The notes under the pieces: generated by a model
The model's database searches: none
What the model was told of the DNA's origin: nothing
The model's input: the letters and a program-made list of their open reading frames with translations, nothing else
NCBI GenBank assembly: GCA_026023565.1
Contig: JAPETS010000026.1
Location: 186,001-250,000 of the forward strand
DNA length: 64,000 nucleotides
DNA from: Cirrosporium novae-zelandiae
Lineage: Eukaryota
Direction of reading: 5' to 3'
Shown here: positions 38,044-50,511 of the stretch, piece by piece
Numbering within the stretch: position 1 is the stretch's first letter
How the letters are laid out: every line of letters begins with the position of its first letter
Program-made: the position numbers and the translations under genes

Positions 38044-39001
38044 TCAAATCGCAAAAAATATAAAAGCCATTAAAACCTCCCCCAGCAAAATATTTAGAGA
38101 TGGTATCATTTGAATAACCGTATCAGAAGTGGATGTAATGGTTGCAGTAGAAATAGTTGCTGTAGGTGGAGAAGGGACCGTAGGCTTTCTCCAAGCCCCA
38201 GTTGAAGTTGCAGTTGAGCTTCTACTCAGCATTGAAGAACCTGTGCCGGTTGTAAAGTGTGGTCCTGAAGAAGCAATAAGTGCAGAACTACCAGTCGTAT
38301 ATATTAAGGTCCGGGTTGATGCAATAGTACTACCATTGTATCCAATTGTACAAGAAATATCCGGAACCGTGACTCTAGGTGTCTGAGCATCAGCATTGGT
38401 AATAAAACGACTCATTCCGTCCCCTGGGTTAATAGCAAAGATCATGCCAGCATGACAATGCGAGATAGGAATTTGTTGGTGACAGAAAAACCATCGAGGC
38501 TTTGTGGACTGGACGGAAAAAAAAGCGAACATGCCCGTCTCATTTCGAGGATCGAAAAACACGAACCCAGTATCGAAGCCGTCTTTGAGTGGAGTGCATG
38601 GGTGGTCAATTGTTGACTGAGTCAAACTATGGTTGCCAGATAAAAAGTGGAAAACAATAGTATCGTTTATTTCGGCGCGAATATAATTAGGCTCGAACTG
38701 AAGGTGGCCGCCTGCAGCTACTTCAATAGTGTGGATCGCTGTTGTTGCTGTTGTTGCTGTTGTAGAAGCTGTAGAAGCTGTGGAAGCTGTGGAAGTTGTG
38801 GGGGTTGTGGGGGCTGAGTGACCAATGATAATATCGAGCCCTCCGCTTATGAACACAGATACGTCTTTTATTGATGTTATTGCCGTGGTGACTGCCGAGG
38901 GCCTACTTAATAGTAAATAAATTTTCTATCATATTTTCTTAAACTTACTTCGCAAAAGCTAGGACGAAAGGAATACCGAGAGCGTACAGGAGAGCCAGCA
39001 T
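38044..39001 (-). CDS. Secreted, probably GPI-anchored cupredoxin with Ser/Thr-rich stalk
   Basis: Exon 1 signal peptide MLALLYALGIPFVLA, intron ~38948-38903; NHSLTQS and WFFC-x7-HCHAGM type-1 Cu ligands; hydrophobic C-terminus. Confidence 0.85.
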
Positions 39002-39159
39002 CCTGTTCTGAATTGTTAAGTTGTTGGTGGGTGCACTCAAGGTTGAAATCGGAGAAGCGCAGCTTTTGAACTGCGGTTTGATTTACGATGGCAAGCAATG
39101 CTTTGTAGTAGGCGCGCGAATGAAACCTTGGAAACAGGATTATATTTTTAGGGTCTTTA

Positions 39160-39230
39160 AACAGGGGTCCTGTCTAAATGGAGGTCCTGCTTAAGAAGAG
39201 GTCCTGTTTAGGAAGAGGTCCTCTTGGAAG
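39160..39230 (+). promoter_or_regulatory. 17-bp-periodic GGTCCT motif array 3 (4 units), in a divergent promoter
   Basis: GTCC at 39167, 39184, 39201 and 39218; TATATAA at ~39262. Confidence 0.7.
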
Positions 39231-39325
39231 CCTTTTGTAGAGTTGAAGTTCATAAATTTACTATATAATGATTATCTAGTACGTCATAAAAAATTCAAAC
39301 ACTGTACAGTTTAACCTCACTGGAT

Positions 39326-42300
39326 ATGGGAAAATACGATCAATGGCAAAGGCCTCAGTTGCAGGCTGAACTCAGAAGCCGTCACATGCCTGCAACAGGT
39401 GCGACTGCTACTCTTGTTAAACGTCTTAGCGAAGCGGACATAACAGACAAATATGCATCAGAAAGATATAGCAAACTCAAAAAAACGGAATTACAGGATG
39501 AACTCAAAAATCGTGGATTAATTGTAACCGGCAATAAGCCAATTCTAATTCAACGTCTTATTGATTCAGATGAGAAAGAAGAATTAGTCGACGAGGATGA
39601 GCCGAACTATCCTAGTCCTCCACTGCCACAGCAACCTCCGCCTCCTCCACTTCCACAGCAACCTCCTCCACTTCCACAGCAACCTCCTCCACTTCCACAG
39701 CAACTTCCATTTCCACAACAACCTCCTCCACTTCCACAGCAACTTCCACTTCCACAGCAACCTCTTCCACCTCCACAACAACCTCCTCCACTTCCACAGC
39801 AACTTCCACTTCCACAGCAACCTCTTCCACTTCCACAGCAACTTCCATTTCCACAGCAACCTCTTCCACCTCCACAACAACCCCCCCCACTTCCACAGCA
39901 ACTTCCACCTCCACAACAACCTCCTCTTCCACAGCGTGTTCCGCAGCCACAACCTCCGCGACAATCTCCTCAAAAATACCCTATTCCACAACTTTCACAA
40001 ACGGATTTTCTTTCACAGACAAGTATACCAAATATCAAATATACAGTTGAACAAGAACTACAGAAAAATGGATTTTCACAATCAATACCGATTGTTGAAA
40101 TGGACATTGATCAACTCGGGCCGACTGGAACGAAACGAAAGCCCGAATCTGAAGAATCTGAAAAATCTAGTAAAGCACATAAATTACTTAAACTCTCAGG
40201 TAAAACACCATCGCGGCAGCATCAAATAGAAATTCAACAAGCCGCCGCCCAACAAGCCGCCGCCCAACAAGCTGCCGCCCAGCAAGCCGCTTCTGAACAA
40301 GCTGCCGCCCAACAAGCTGCTGCCCAACAAGCCGCCGCCCAACAAGCCGCCGCCCAACAAGCTGCTGCCCAGCAAGCCGCTTCAGAACAAGCCGCTTCAG
40401 AACAAGCCGCTTCAGAACAAGCCGCCGCCCAACCAAAGACACCGTCAACAAATAATAAAATATTCAAAGACCTATCAGCACGATGTAATGAATATATGGC
40501 AAAATATGGAAAGACTAGGCTTGAGTTTAGTGGTTATTTACTTCAAAGTATTCTTAACTCTGAAGAAATTAAAAAAATACTTAAAAAAGTGGACCTGCAA
40601 GGAAACAGTACTGACGAGGATGTTCGTGGATGCCAATTTTTTATTCTCGGAAAAGAGAATTTTGACCTTCTTACATCAACGTTTGAAGATGTTGCAATAG
40701 ATGATAATCGATTTCCAAACATAGATATAGCTGCACTAGATTCGGCCAAAAATATGTACCGTTATATACATCCAGATAAATTCAATGCGAATGAAGTCTT
40801 TTTAAAAGAAAAAGCGAATGAAGCTACAAAAAGTGAGTGGTATCCTCGAAGAGAATTAATATTTACTAACGTGTTATAGTTCTTCATAAAGTTAGGGATA
40901 TCTTATTTAAACATGTTACGGATCATTACGCATTAGATGGGATCTTAATTCCAGAAGCTGATCCTATTCCAAAATACCCCGCTTATCTTCAAAACCTACC
41001 ACCGCAAGGCACACAAATGACGTTATACCAAACAAACTATCAAACACTTACAGATGAAATGCATGCCATGTTTAGAGATCCCTACAACAATACTGTTACA
41101 CAAAACCTTCACCAGAAAATCGAAATTATAAATAGTACAATCTACCACACGAATAAAGAGCTAAAGATTCAAGAAATCTTCGGGTTAATTGATGAATCTA
41201 AAATAGTGCAAGCGTTTAGAGTCAACCAGCGGACTCACATGGAAGACAAGAAGCTCTGTTTTGATGATATCGATATAGAGGCAGCGGCTAACGACATTCG
41301 TGATCTTTGTCTTCAAAAAGACTATCCACTGACCTGGATCCCTGCTAAGGATCTAAATGCTCCTATACTTTCTTTGAAAGATGAGTTTTTGCAACATCCC
41401 CATTCAAATTTACCGTCAAAGCAAACCCTATATAATCAGTCTTCTGCGATGACCTCTGGAACTTTTTGGGCTTATCCTTATAAATCCAAACATCAAGAAG
41501 GATATTTACAACCTATCTTACAGTCATATGAGCAGAACGTGGAATATCGGAAGGGTTTTACTATTGACGGTTTCCCAATACTTGCTTATCGTAAGATAGG
41601 CAGGTTAGGATTTCAATTTCTTGTAAAGTTTAGTGAAAGGTATTTTGCATTGTTGCCTGAACGAGAATGTGGAGGGATTTGGGTTCGAGATCTCAATGTT
41701 CCAATGGACGAAAATGGCAACGTCAACGAAAGTGAAGCTGTGGAAAAGATTGGGAAATATGCGGATGAAGCTTCCAAGCGTGCCGCAGAAATTCGTGCTT
41801 CTAAACCCAGACTGATTGGTATTGCACAGGCACCTCGTTCTATGCCGCCCAGGTATTCCGTAAGATATGGCGACCTACCATCAAGAATGAATGAACCAGT
41901 GGTTGCTATATGTCTTTCATGGAGTGGAAATCAGTGGTGGCTATACAAAACTTGTTTAAACGCCATTTTAGGTGAAGGAGTTGTCAGCGCTTATATTAGA
42001 AGTTGCACCATCCCAACTAAAGCGCTCCCATCTTCAGCGCCTCAAGGGTTGATACAATATCCATCGCAAGGCTTGGAGGCTATTCCTCGATATAACTTAC
42101 GGGCACTTCCAGAACCAAATCCTGTTCAGGACCGGCAACGTGTTTTACTGTCGTTTCCGACTTCCGAGCCACAACAACAAACGAATAGTTATTACGGACC
42201 TTTTAATTCAACCGCATCGTTCAACCAGCAGTCTCAGTACGGTTCGCCTCCAGTACCTCTGGCACCTCCAGTATCCACCCAACAGCCTCAATATGATTCG

Positions 42301-42504
42301 CCTCCAGCGCCTCCAGTGCCCACCCAATACAGCTCATCTCCAGCACCTCCAGTATCCACCCGACAGCCTCAATACAGTTCGCCTTCAGCGCCTCCAGTGC
42401 CTTCAGTACCTTTAGTATCCACCCAACAGCCTCAATACGGTTCGCCTCCACTATCCAACCAACAACCTCAACACGGTTTAGCCACTGGCTCTACTACCCT
42501 TTAG
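39326..42504 (+). CDS. Large protein: 2 SAP domains, Pro/Gln and QQAAA repeats, J-domain-like HPDK region, unknown domain, Pro-rich tail
   Basis: LQAELRSRHMPATG..LVKRL and ELQDELKNRGLIVTGNKPILIQRL; intron ~40833-40879 joins ORFs 39326 and 41017 in frame. Confidence 0.85.
39620..39930 (+). repeat. Coding minisatellite (LPQQPPP / LPQQLP units)
   Basis: CTTCCACAGCAAC-based units. Confidence 0.9.
40235..40432 (+). repeat. 15-bp coding tandem repeat (QQAAA/EQAAS) x~13
   Basis: CAACAAGCCGCCGCC units. Confidence 0.9.
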
Positions 42505-42812
42505 CAGAATGTTGCATTGACACCCTCAACGTCTGTATGCATATCTATTATCCGGTACATCTCCGAAGATCGTTTCTGATATATTCTTAGAATCATACTC
42601 TACCAACTCTAAGGATAGCAGTTCCCTAATATAAGAAAAAAGGTAATCTAAAATTACAGCGGGTACTGTTTTTTGGACGCATATTTTAATTATATTAAAA
42701 ACATCTCAACCTCCTATTTCTATTCTCTTTAAATTTGCCCTAGAAATATATTAACCTTTCAAGGTAAATAAAATAGATTGTAGGGTGATGAAACTAAATC
42801 CTACTAACCTGA

Positions 42813-45361
42813 CTAATCTTCCTCACTGTTGTCAACAGCTTTTAAGATGGGCGTGCGGAACTGTTTGGTCCAAAGATCCTGATATTTACCATTTTTTTGT
42901 CGGAGAAGAGCGTCATGGTTCCCTTGCTCTATGATTCGCCCGTCTTCGATGACTAGAATGGTGTCTGCGTTCATTGTTGTCGACAAACGATGAGCAACGA
43001 CAAACATAGTTCGTCCCTGTTTTTTCCATTCGTCTAGAACCTCTTGAAGGTAAAATTCAATACTTGCGTCGACTGCGCTGGTGGCTTCATCAAGAATGAT
43101 GATATTGGGGTTCTTTAGAATAATTCTAGCAATTTCAATCCTTTGCTTTTCTCCACCAGATAATTTTGAACCGTCTTCACCGATGTCCATATCATAGCCA
43201 TGCTCAAATGTAAGAATTTTTTCATGGATTTTAGCAGCTTTACAAGCCTCATGAACTTCTTCATCAGTGGCATCAGAGCGTACATACTTTAAATTTTGCA
43301 TAACTGTCCTGCAGTTCAGCTTTACATCTTGTGGTACAACTCCTATCGCGTGGCGAAGACTTTCGATAGTAAAGTTCCTAATGTCTTGGCCGTTGATCTT
43401 AATGCACCCATGATCAACGTCGTAAAAACGGAAAAGGAGTTTAAGGATCGTGGACTTGCCCCCTCCTGTCTCTCCCACGAGTGCTACCTTTTTGCCAGCT
43501 GAAACAGAAAAACTTATGCCTTTAATACTTTGCTTCACCTCAGGAGCTTCTCCTGGATATGAGAAACCAACATCTTCCATTATGACTTCAGCGCCACTTT
43601 GAAGGATTAAAGGCTTTGCATCTGGCCTATCAACGATAGTTGGCTTCATGTGCATGAGAAGTACCAGGCGTTCACTCTCAATTAGCGATCTCAAAGTATT
43701 CCTGTATGTACCAGAAATGCTGGAAAGTCGGTGTTGAAATTGGTTCCAATATTGCAGTAGAGTAATGAATTTTCCGACAGGGAGTTGGCTGAAGACAATT
43801 TGATTGCTTGCCAAAATGCAAGCGAGCATTAGTCCATTCGATGTAATAAATTGTTGAATCCCACGGGCAAAACTATGAAATAACTGCTGCTCGAGTTCAG
43901 ATCGTTGAGAGCTTTCAATTGCGTCCCGGTACTGCTTTTTTTCATTTGCAATTTGGTTGTGATAAGCAGCAGACTTCCAGCGCGAAATAGATGAAGACAT
44001 AATATCAAATTGGACATCCGTGGTGTTAAGAACATGCCGTTGCATATGTTCCAAGATAATACTACATTTGGCATGACACCAAAGGTAAAATATTGCAATT
44101 GTCGCCATGACCACAGTCATATAAGCTCCAAACTGCGAAGAAAGATACACGACAGCAATTAGTAAGTCGACAAAAATAGGGAGCAAACTGAAAATCAAAA
44201 TATTAAACAGCCTCATAACGGAATTCCCATGCTCGACAGCCTTAATGATACGCGAAGAAGACTTCGAATCATGGAAATCGCAGGAAAGATCCATTATATG
44301 GCCATGGATAGCCATGCTTAAGGTGCGAGATTGATATTGTTCAATCGGAGCCCAAAGGAGTCTTCCTAGAGCCGGAATTATAGACTGGTTGGCAAATAGG
44401 GAATAAATGTATAGGATTATTTCGGACCAAGGAATATTTTCTATTAAAAGTTAATTTAGATAAGTGAATAACCAATAAAATCACTTTCTACATACTTGTG
44501 TTATCCTCAGCTCTAGAAGCGAGCGTATCTGCGAGCGCACTAACTTGTTGCGGTATGAAGAAATTTAGTGCACGCTCAGCCAACAAACAAGTACCTAAAC
44601 CAACAAAATTAAAAATGAGATACTTGCGCCTCGAGGGCCAGATATAAGGCAGTAATATCTATAATGATTAGAAATATTCTGGACTTCCTGGCTTTGAAAT
44701 TAACGCTTACCAGGTATTGCCATACGTCCACCCGAGTCATATTACCGAGTTGGTTAGAAAAAAAGTCGCATTCGCTTGTAGGAGTCCGCAATGAGAAGGC
44801 AAGAAAGAGGACGAGTAGAAGAAGCCGAAGAGTAGTTGTGACATGGACCAAAGCAAGAAGACGCTCCTGAATAGGAGAATAAGACCAAAAGTAAACCGTT
44901 ATTGTGACTTCCAAAACCCCTGATAATAACCACGAGCCCACAAATGGATACCAAAAAAAATATTGTGTCTCTATAGATATAACCAACAGAGATGTCCACA
45001 TTAGTGCAGACGAAAGAGTATAGACCTGATCTAATGTTAGCACGAGCGATCATATCCAAAAACATATTTTACCATTGAACTTTCAGTATATGCCTGCCTC
45101 CAAACCATGGTTGTTGCATCTATCACCTGTGCCGATTAGTATTAGAAATTCTAGGCAGGAATATCATGAACGCACAAAACTTGCTACCACTAAACCTTGC
45201 ATCAACAGCAACACCGTTCGATCACTTTTTGATAACCTTCGGCGTGATCTACTTTGCGGTACCAAGTAGCTAGCGAGGAAAGCGAAAGCGAAAACCACAA
45301 ACGTGAAAAGCGGGCCTTGATATTGTAGAGTAACCACGATAGTGGTAAATGAATCTGTCAT
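42813..45361 (-). CDS. HMT1: HMT1/ATM1-like half-size ABC transporter with N-terminal TM extension
   Basis: LLPYIWP, LWAPIEQY, HIMDLSCDFHD, Walker A GETGGGKST, LSGGEKQRI, ILDEATSAVD, AHRLST; several introns in the 5' part. Confidence 0.9.
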
Positions 45362-46970
45362 GTTCGTATTTATCAGATTGAACGAAAATAAATGATAACT
45401 AAGGTTTTGATGTTGAATTTGAGCACCGTTAGGGAGTATTTCATGTATAATAAATTGAAGTGGTAAGGAGGAATCTGTAGGCTATAGAATAGGAGCATTC
45501 ACTTCCTCGGTGTTCTTATAGCAGTAGCAATGGCCTAGTAATAGGTACCGTAAGATCAAAAATCCTAGCTAAATTATAGACTGTTTATAGCGGCAAGGCT
45601 GGACGTCCAACCTGCAAACTTAATGGAAAAGGCATATCGGGCAATGCGTCGGGACGATTGTTATCCTATCAATACGGAAGACGGATTGGGGTCGGGGGCG
45701 AGATAGGAAGCTAGAGAAGACCACGTTCAAATCAACGTGTAACAAAGCAGGCAGAAATTAACAAGGCTTGCCAGGGTCGTGGTCGGGAACATTGTAAAAA
45801 TGGTAGCCACATAGTAATATTTGAAATTAGGAGGTTTTCATAACCGTTTACTAGGTCCATGACCACCTGTACAAGCGAGGTAGCGAAATCTAAATACCCG
45901 AACACTGACACTAAGCTTTTCTTTTTCATTGTATGAATAAATATGTGAAGTTGATCTGAACTCCAGTCATGGACGCCTTTACCTTCCAAGGATCTTGAAT
46001 CCAGTGAAGGAAATGGACTAGACCAAATAAACGATCAACCAAACAGAGCTTTTCATAAACTGACTAGACTATGACTTTCCAAGGTCTCTTTAGTCCATAG
46101 TGATATGAATTATAAGGTAAGGAGGATTTCTGTGGGGATTTCTGTGGTGTTGAGGCTTGAGAGGCATAAAGGATAGCGGAGCTCGGGGTTTTCAAATTTT
46201 GAGTTTAACTTAAAGCTAAAAAGGTATAAGCTATTTAGCCCCTTAGCTTTTCTCCCTCGAATACCTGTCCACTATGCTCTTAAATACCTCGCACTAAATG
46301 CCTAGCTAGCTAGAATGCTGTGGTGGAGCAGAGAGAGAGAAAGAAAGGGCCAAGGACAAAAGAAGCTGTGAACGAAGTGAGAAGAGCTAGACTATGTGTT
46401 ATGGTTGTTCGTCAAAACATTTCCGTGCCCCCGACCGCTAGCTAAAGTTTCCTTCTTGTAGACTTCATCCAATGTGGTATCCAATGTCTGCCGGAACCTA
46501 TAGAATTCTTGAAATAGGCCAAAAGGTTAGATGATCAATATCTACTATCATTATCACGACAATTTGTTGTTGTTTTTTTCTTTATAAGCCTTCTTTCCAA
46601 AATAGCTACTAGATTGAATGCTTAGCAATAATCCTAGGTGTCCTCAACTTCAAGTAGTAGGCTATTATGTCCTTGCTTATCATTACTCACCATATGCAAT
46701 TTGGCAAGCGCGCGTTTACAAATCCTCACATATGATCTTCTCTAGAATTTTTATCCAGAGCAATCACTCTTACCCTATGAGTATTCATTTTATTATATCC
46801 CTTATCGTTATGCCTCACCTGAACCTACTCCCAAGCCCCATGCAGTCTCATTTTGCACCCCACGCACACCACACACTCCCATTTTTATATGTTAGTGGAG
46901 AAGTTATATAAAGAATGCCATCTCTGTCATTTGGATAGTTTCCTTTGGCCACACACTCAAGCTAGTGAAG

Positions 46971-48283
46971 ATGACTCTTATCCTTGACCTTCCTATCGAA
47001 TTACTTATTTCGATATTCTGTCTGCTTGCAGATTTCGACGATGTTAGATATTTAGCAGAATGTTGCCATCAGTTCCATGATATTATTCATAGTCGGCGTA
47101 ACTTGCTTTACATAGCGAAAACCATTCTTGTAGGTAATGCGCTACACTAATCTATCCAAATATTAACGACTTCTACGTACAGCGAAACTCCTCCGTTTAC
47201 GAACGAGACGTTCAACTATGTCAAATTATGAACGTCAATCGTTGCTTTGCCTCCAAGTACAGCGGTGTACCTTATCGACGTCCAGACGAATATACAGACC
47301 CGGAGATACTTCAAACCCTTTTACAAAAGAGATCCAACCGTGTCCTTGAACCAACAGATGAGCAAGTTTTCATAATTTTTAATCGCTGGCACAAGTTACG
47401 TGTATTGCAAAATCTTTACACAGACCCTTTGATTGAAAGTCACTTTTCGAAATGTATTTCTCCACCTTTTGGTGGTCGACTTCGGGATTTATTTGTCGAT
47501 AGCCCTTTGAATCTTCTTCAGCACATGCATACGAAGACCATCTTCCAAAAAAATCAAAAATACCGCTTCTACAAAGCCACAGTAGGTTGTTGGTTCATAA
47601 TGGAAGTTTGTTGGTTTTTCTGCAGGACTGTCTATCATACAGATGATGAATATATGCAACAAGAGGACCTACTTTTTGAATGGACAATGGAAGATTATTC
47701 AATCTCGGAAAGCTTTGACAGGTTGGAAGTTTACGATTTTTTATATAATTTTATACTGCGGCACGTTTTTCCGGATACCGAAATGACACTCCCTTGGCTG
47801 CTCTATGATAATGACGAAGTCTATCTCCGCAATGGTGAACTGAACAAAAAACGGTTGGCTAAATTTTTACAAAAAGCTCCCGACTTTCTTTCCCCTGGAG
47901 ATATTATCGACTTACTAGGGGTACATACCTCTCCTTCATTCAACAAAGCAGCTTACATAGCAAGCCGAGGGGCGTTTGATATTTTAGGGCCTACGATTAA
48001 AAGCCCTCGCATCCATTACAAAAGTGTCTGTGCCCGCAATATAAATCTTCTTGCTTGGGAAGGATTTTGGGATTTTCACAATATTATATATGAACAGCGC
48101 ATGGTGGAATACACATTTGGTGACATTGATTACGCTTGGAGAAAGTTGAGGCATCAATGGCGACAGTTGGTTCGAAGGTCTGCTTTTCACTGGGATAATG
48201 ATTCTACGGCAGAATTTTGCCTTAACTTTTTGAAGCAATCAATAGAAGACCAAAGGAAGCGAGGAGCAAGCAGACAAATATAG
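46971..48283 (+). CDS. F-box protein with unknown C-terminal domain
   Basis: ILDLPIELLISIFCLLADFDDVRYLAECCHQF; intron ~47130-47181. Confidence 0.75.
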
Positions 48284-48422
48284 TAAAGTATCCTAATAAC
48301 AATATAGAGTATTGATTCAATCATTATAAGCTAGAACACCGAAATAATGGGCCAACCAGTCCATCCTAACAACTGCCGACTGTAGTCAACCTTTCCATAT
48401 CTCTGAGGGTTCCTTCAAGATC

Positions 48423-49055
48423 TTAGGACGGCCGAAAATATGCGCTGCATTGATTACGACACAACCATGTCTCTCCTCCATCCAAAATCAGCCAAAGCAG
48501 AGCCATGGCATGATAAGGTGCTGGGTCATTACTGACTGGGAATTTGATTTGCATTGGAGAATGTTCACACGTAGTTCTGAATGTGAGTTTTTGGTGGTTC
48601 ACACCTGCTTCGTGGCTCACATATTTGAAGGTGTCGGAAATGTTCCATCCGTCCTGAAAGAAACAAAGCTCATATTTCCAATTTCGTGTCTCTATTCCTG
48701 GCCATGCAGCTGTTTTTGCCCTTACTGATATTGTGGGTTCAATCTTATTTCTCTGGAAGTCTCTGCTTGCCGGCCAGGACCATGAACCATCTATATGATG
48801 TTTTCGACGATGCTGGGAGCATGGACATGTCGTGAATTCAGGGTTCTCGATATTCGGTGGTGGGAAAAGTACTCGGAGTTTGTCGATAGGATCGTTTTGA
48901 ATGATCTCCTTTTCCATAATCGAACCGCAATCGAACGTGAAACTGGCTGTGATGATTGTTTGGTTCGATCCTTTGTCTATCAACTCGAGATTGGTCCCAT
49001 TGCTCCAATCCCCCAAAATCTTTTCCTGGAAAAAAACTTTTGGCCGTGCCATCAC
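48423..49055 (-). CDS. Hypothetical protein (start uncertain)
   Basis: 210-aa ORF; 5' exon unresolved. Confidence 0.45.
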   Translation of the reverse strand: MMARPKVFFQEKILGDWSNGTNLELIDKGSNQTIITASFTFDCGSIMEKEIIQNDPIDKLRVLFPPPNIENPEFTTCPCSQHRRKHHIDGSWSWPASRDFQRNKIEPTISVRAKTAAWPGIETRNWKYELCFFQDGWNISDTFKYVSHEAGVNHQKLTFRTTCEHSPMQIKFPVSNDPAPYHAMALLWLILDGGETWLCRNQCSAYFRPS

Positions 49056-49710
49056 CGTTCAGAGTATTTAATATTCACCGTTGTCACCAATGTTGTGCAG
49101 TGAGAAGTGGAGAGATAATTTCATTATGTAGTTGAAATTGGTATTGCTGGGAATCGCTCATGCTGTTAATACCTTGATGAACTGTATAAGTAATTTTAAG
49201 AAGGTTAAGCCAGACGGCAGAGATGCAGGCCCACGCACGTTTCCAACCGTCTCCAGTAACGTTGGCCTGAAGCATGGGTGTCTATGTATTATGCATGATG
49301 CATGAAGCCATTGCACACATAAGAGGAATTTAATGAATATGATATACAAACCGCGTTAGCAGCAAAAGATAAAGCCAAAGAAACTCCAACTTCCTTTATC
49401 GGTTACCCTCTTTCTTTTAGTTCCATAATTGATTTAGTATCCATTCTTCGGTGGTGTTATCAAGAATCTATTGATTTACAACGCATTATTCGACAAATAA
49501 AAAATGAAGCTGCAGCAAGGTAACTTACACCTACAAAAGTTCAATGGATATTTTTTTAAGTGCTGTAGTGAATTTACTACTTTAGGCCGACTTACGCACA
49601 AAATTCTTTCCATTATACTTATAGAAAGGAGTAAACCAGATGTTGAATATAGAAGAAGCCGAGTTCATTGAGAAGCCACATCAAGTAGTTTCCAGGTATA
49701 GGCCTACTAA

Positions 49711-50511
49711 TCATAGTTTGAGAAAGTTATAGTTTGAGATATTCTCCAGTGCCGTTCCAACAGCCAACATATGAAAAAATATCCAAAAAATCTTGTCGTC
49801 AAGCTTATTACGATTGCTCTCGATGAAATATTGCACAGGTATCTTGCCTTGGGTGTCAGCGATATTGCGATTGGGTTCATCGGCGCAAGCTAAGCTGATA
49901 AATGTGAAAGCATTATACTGAGCTGCGATATGCAAAGGCGTCTGTCCATTAATATCTGTTTCTTGGAGCAATTTCTTCCGATAGTCAAGATCCAGCGTAT
50001 AATAGACGTGGGGGAAATAGATAGATTGTTTGAGCATCGTCGGATCATTAGGAGTCGGTTTCATTCTAGCCAGATAATGAAACATGTTCCGCTCTCCCCT
50101 TCCAGGTCCCTTGCTATGTCCTTGACCTAGAGTCCTTAACACGGCTGGGTAGTCCTTGAGTTGACATGCTTGTAGAAGAGGGTTGCTGATAATAGGATCG
50201 TTTGGACTGACTAGGTTGTCTTTGCTTTGACATGCTTGAAGTAAAGGATCGTAAAAGATCAAGTTCAGCGGGGGCACCTTTGGTATATCTATAAACAGTG
50301 TAGGCGATAACTCCCTCGCATGCTTGCCCAAAATGAAGTAACAAGGATCACCATCTCTTAGTTCAGGTTGAATATAAAAAGCGCATATAGCCTGAGGTCC
50401 TCCGGAAGATTGGACTTTTAAAATATCGCTTTGTTCCCCCCCAAGCTGTATCTGTATATCGGACTTATGATTATCCGAGTCAGAAGAAGATAAAGGGTTT
50501 GTGGAATCCAT
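49711..50511 (-). CDS. Ankyrin-repeat protein
   Basis: DINGQTPLHIAAQYN, NIADTQGKIPVQY; internal duplication PLLQACQxKD. Confidence 0.7.
   Translation of the reverse strand: MDSTNPLSSSDSDNHKSDIQIQLGGEQSDILKVQSSGGPQAICAFYIQPELRDGDPCYFILGKHARELSPTLFIDIPKVPPLNLIFYDPLLQACQSKDNLVSPNDPIISNPLLQACQLKDYPAVLRTLGQGHSKGPGRGERNMFHYLARMKPTPNDPTMLKQSIYFPHVYYTLDLDYRKKLLQETDINGQTPLHIAAQYNAFTFISLACADEPNRNIADTQGKIPVQYFIESNRNKLDDKIFWIFFHMLAVGTALENISNYNFLKL

Noticed and set aside
39584..40467. Alternative-frame and antisense ORFs (WKWKLL, FHSN, VEVE, WAAAC)
   Set aside because: Shadows of the coding minisatellites in the SAP-J gene
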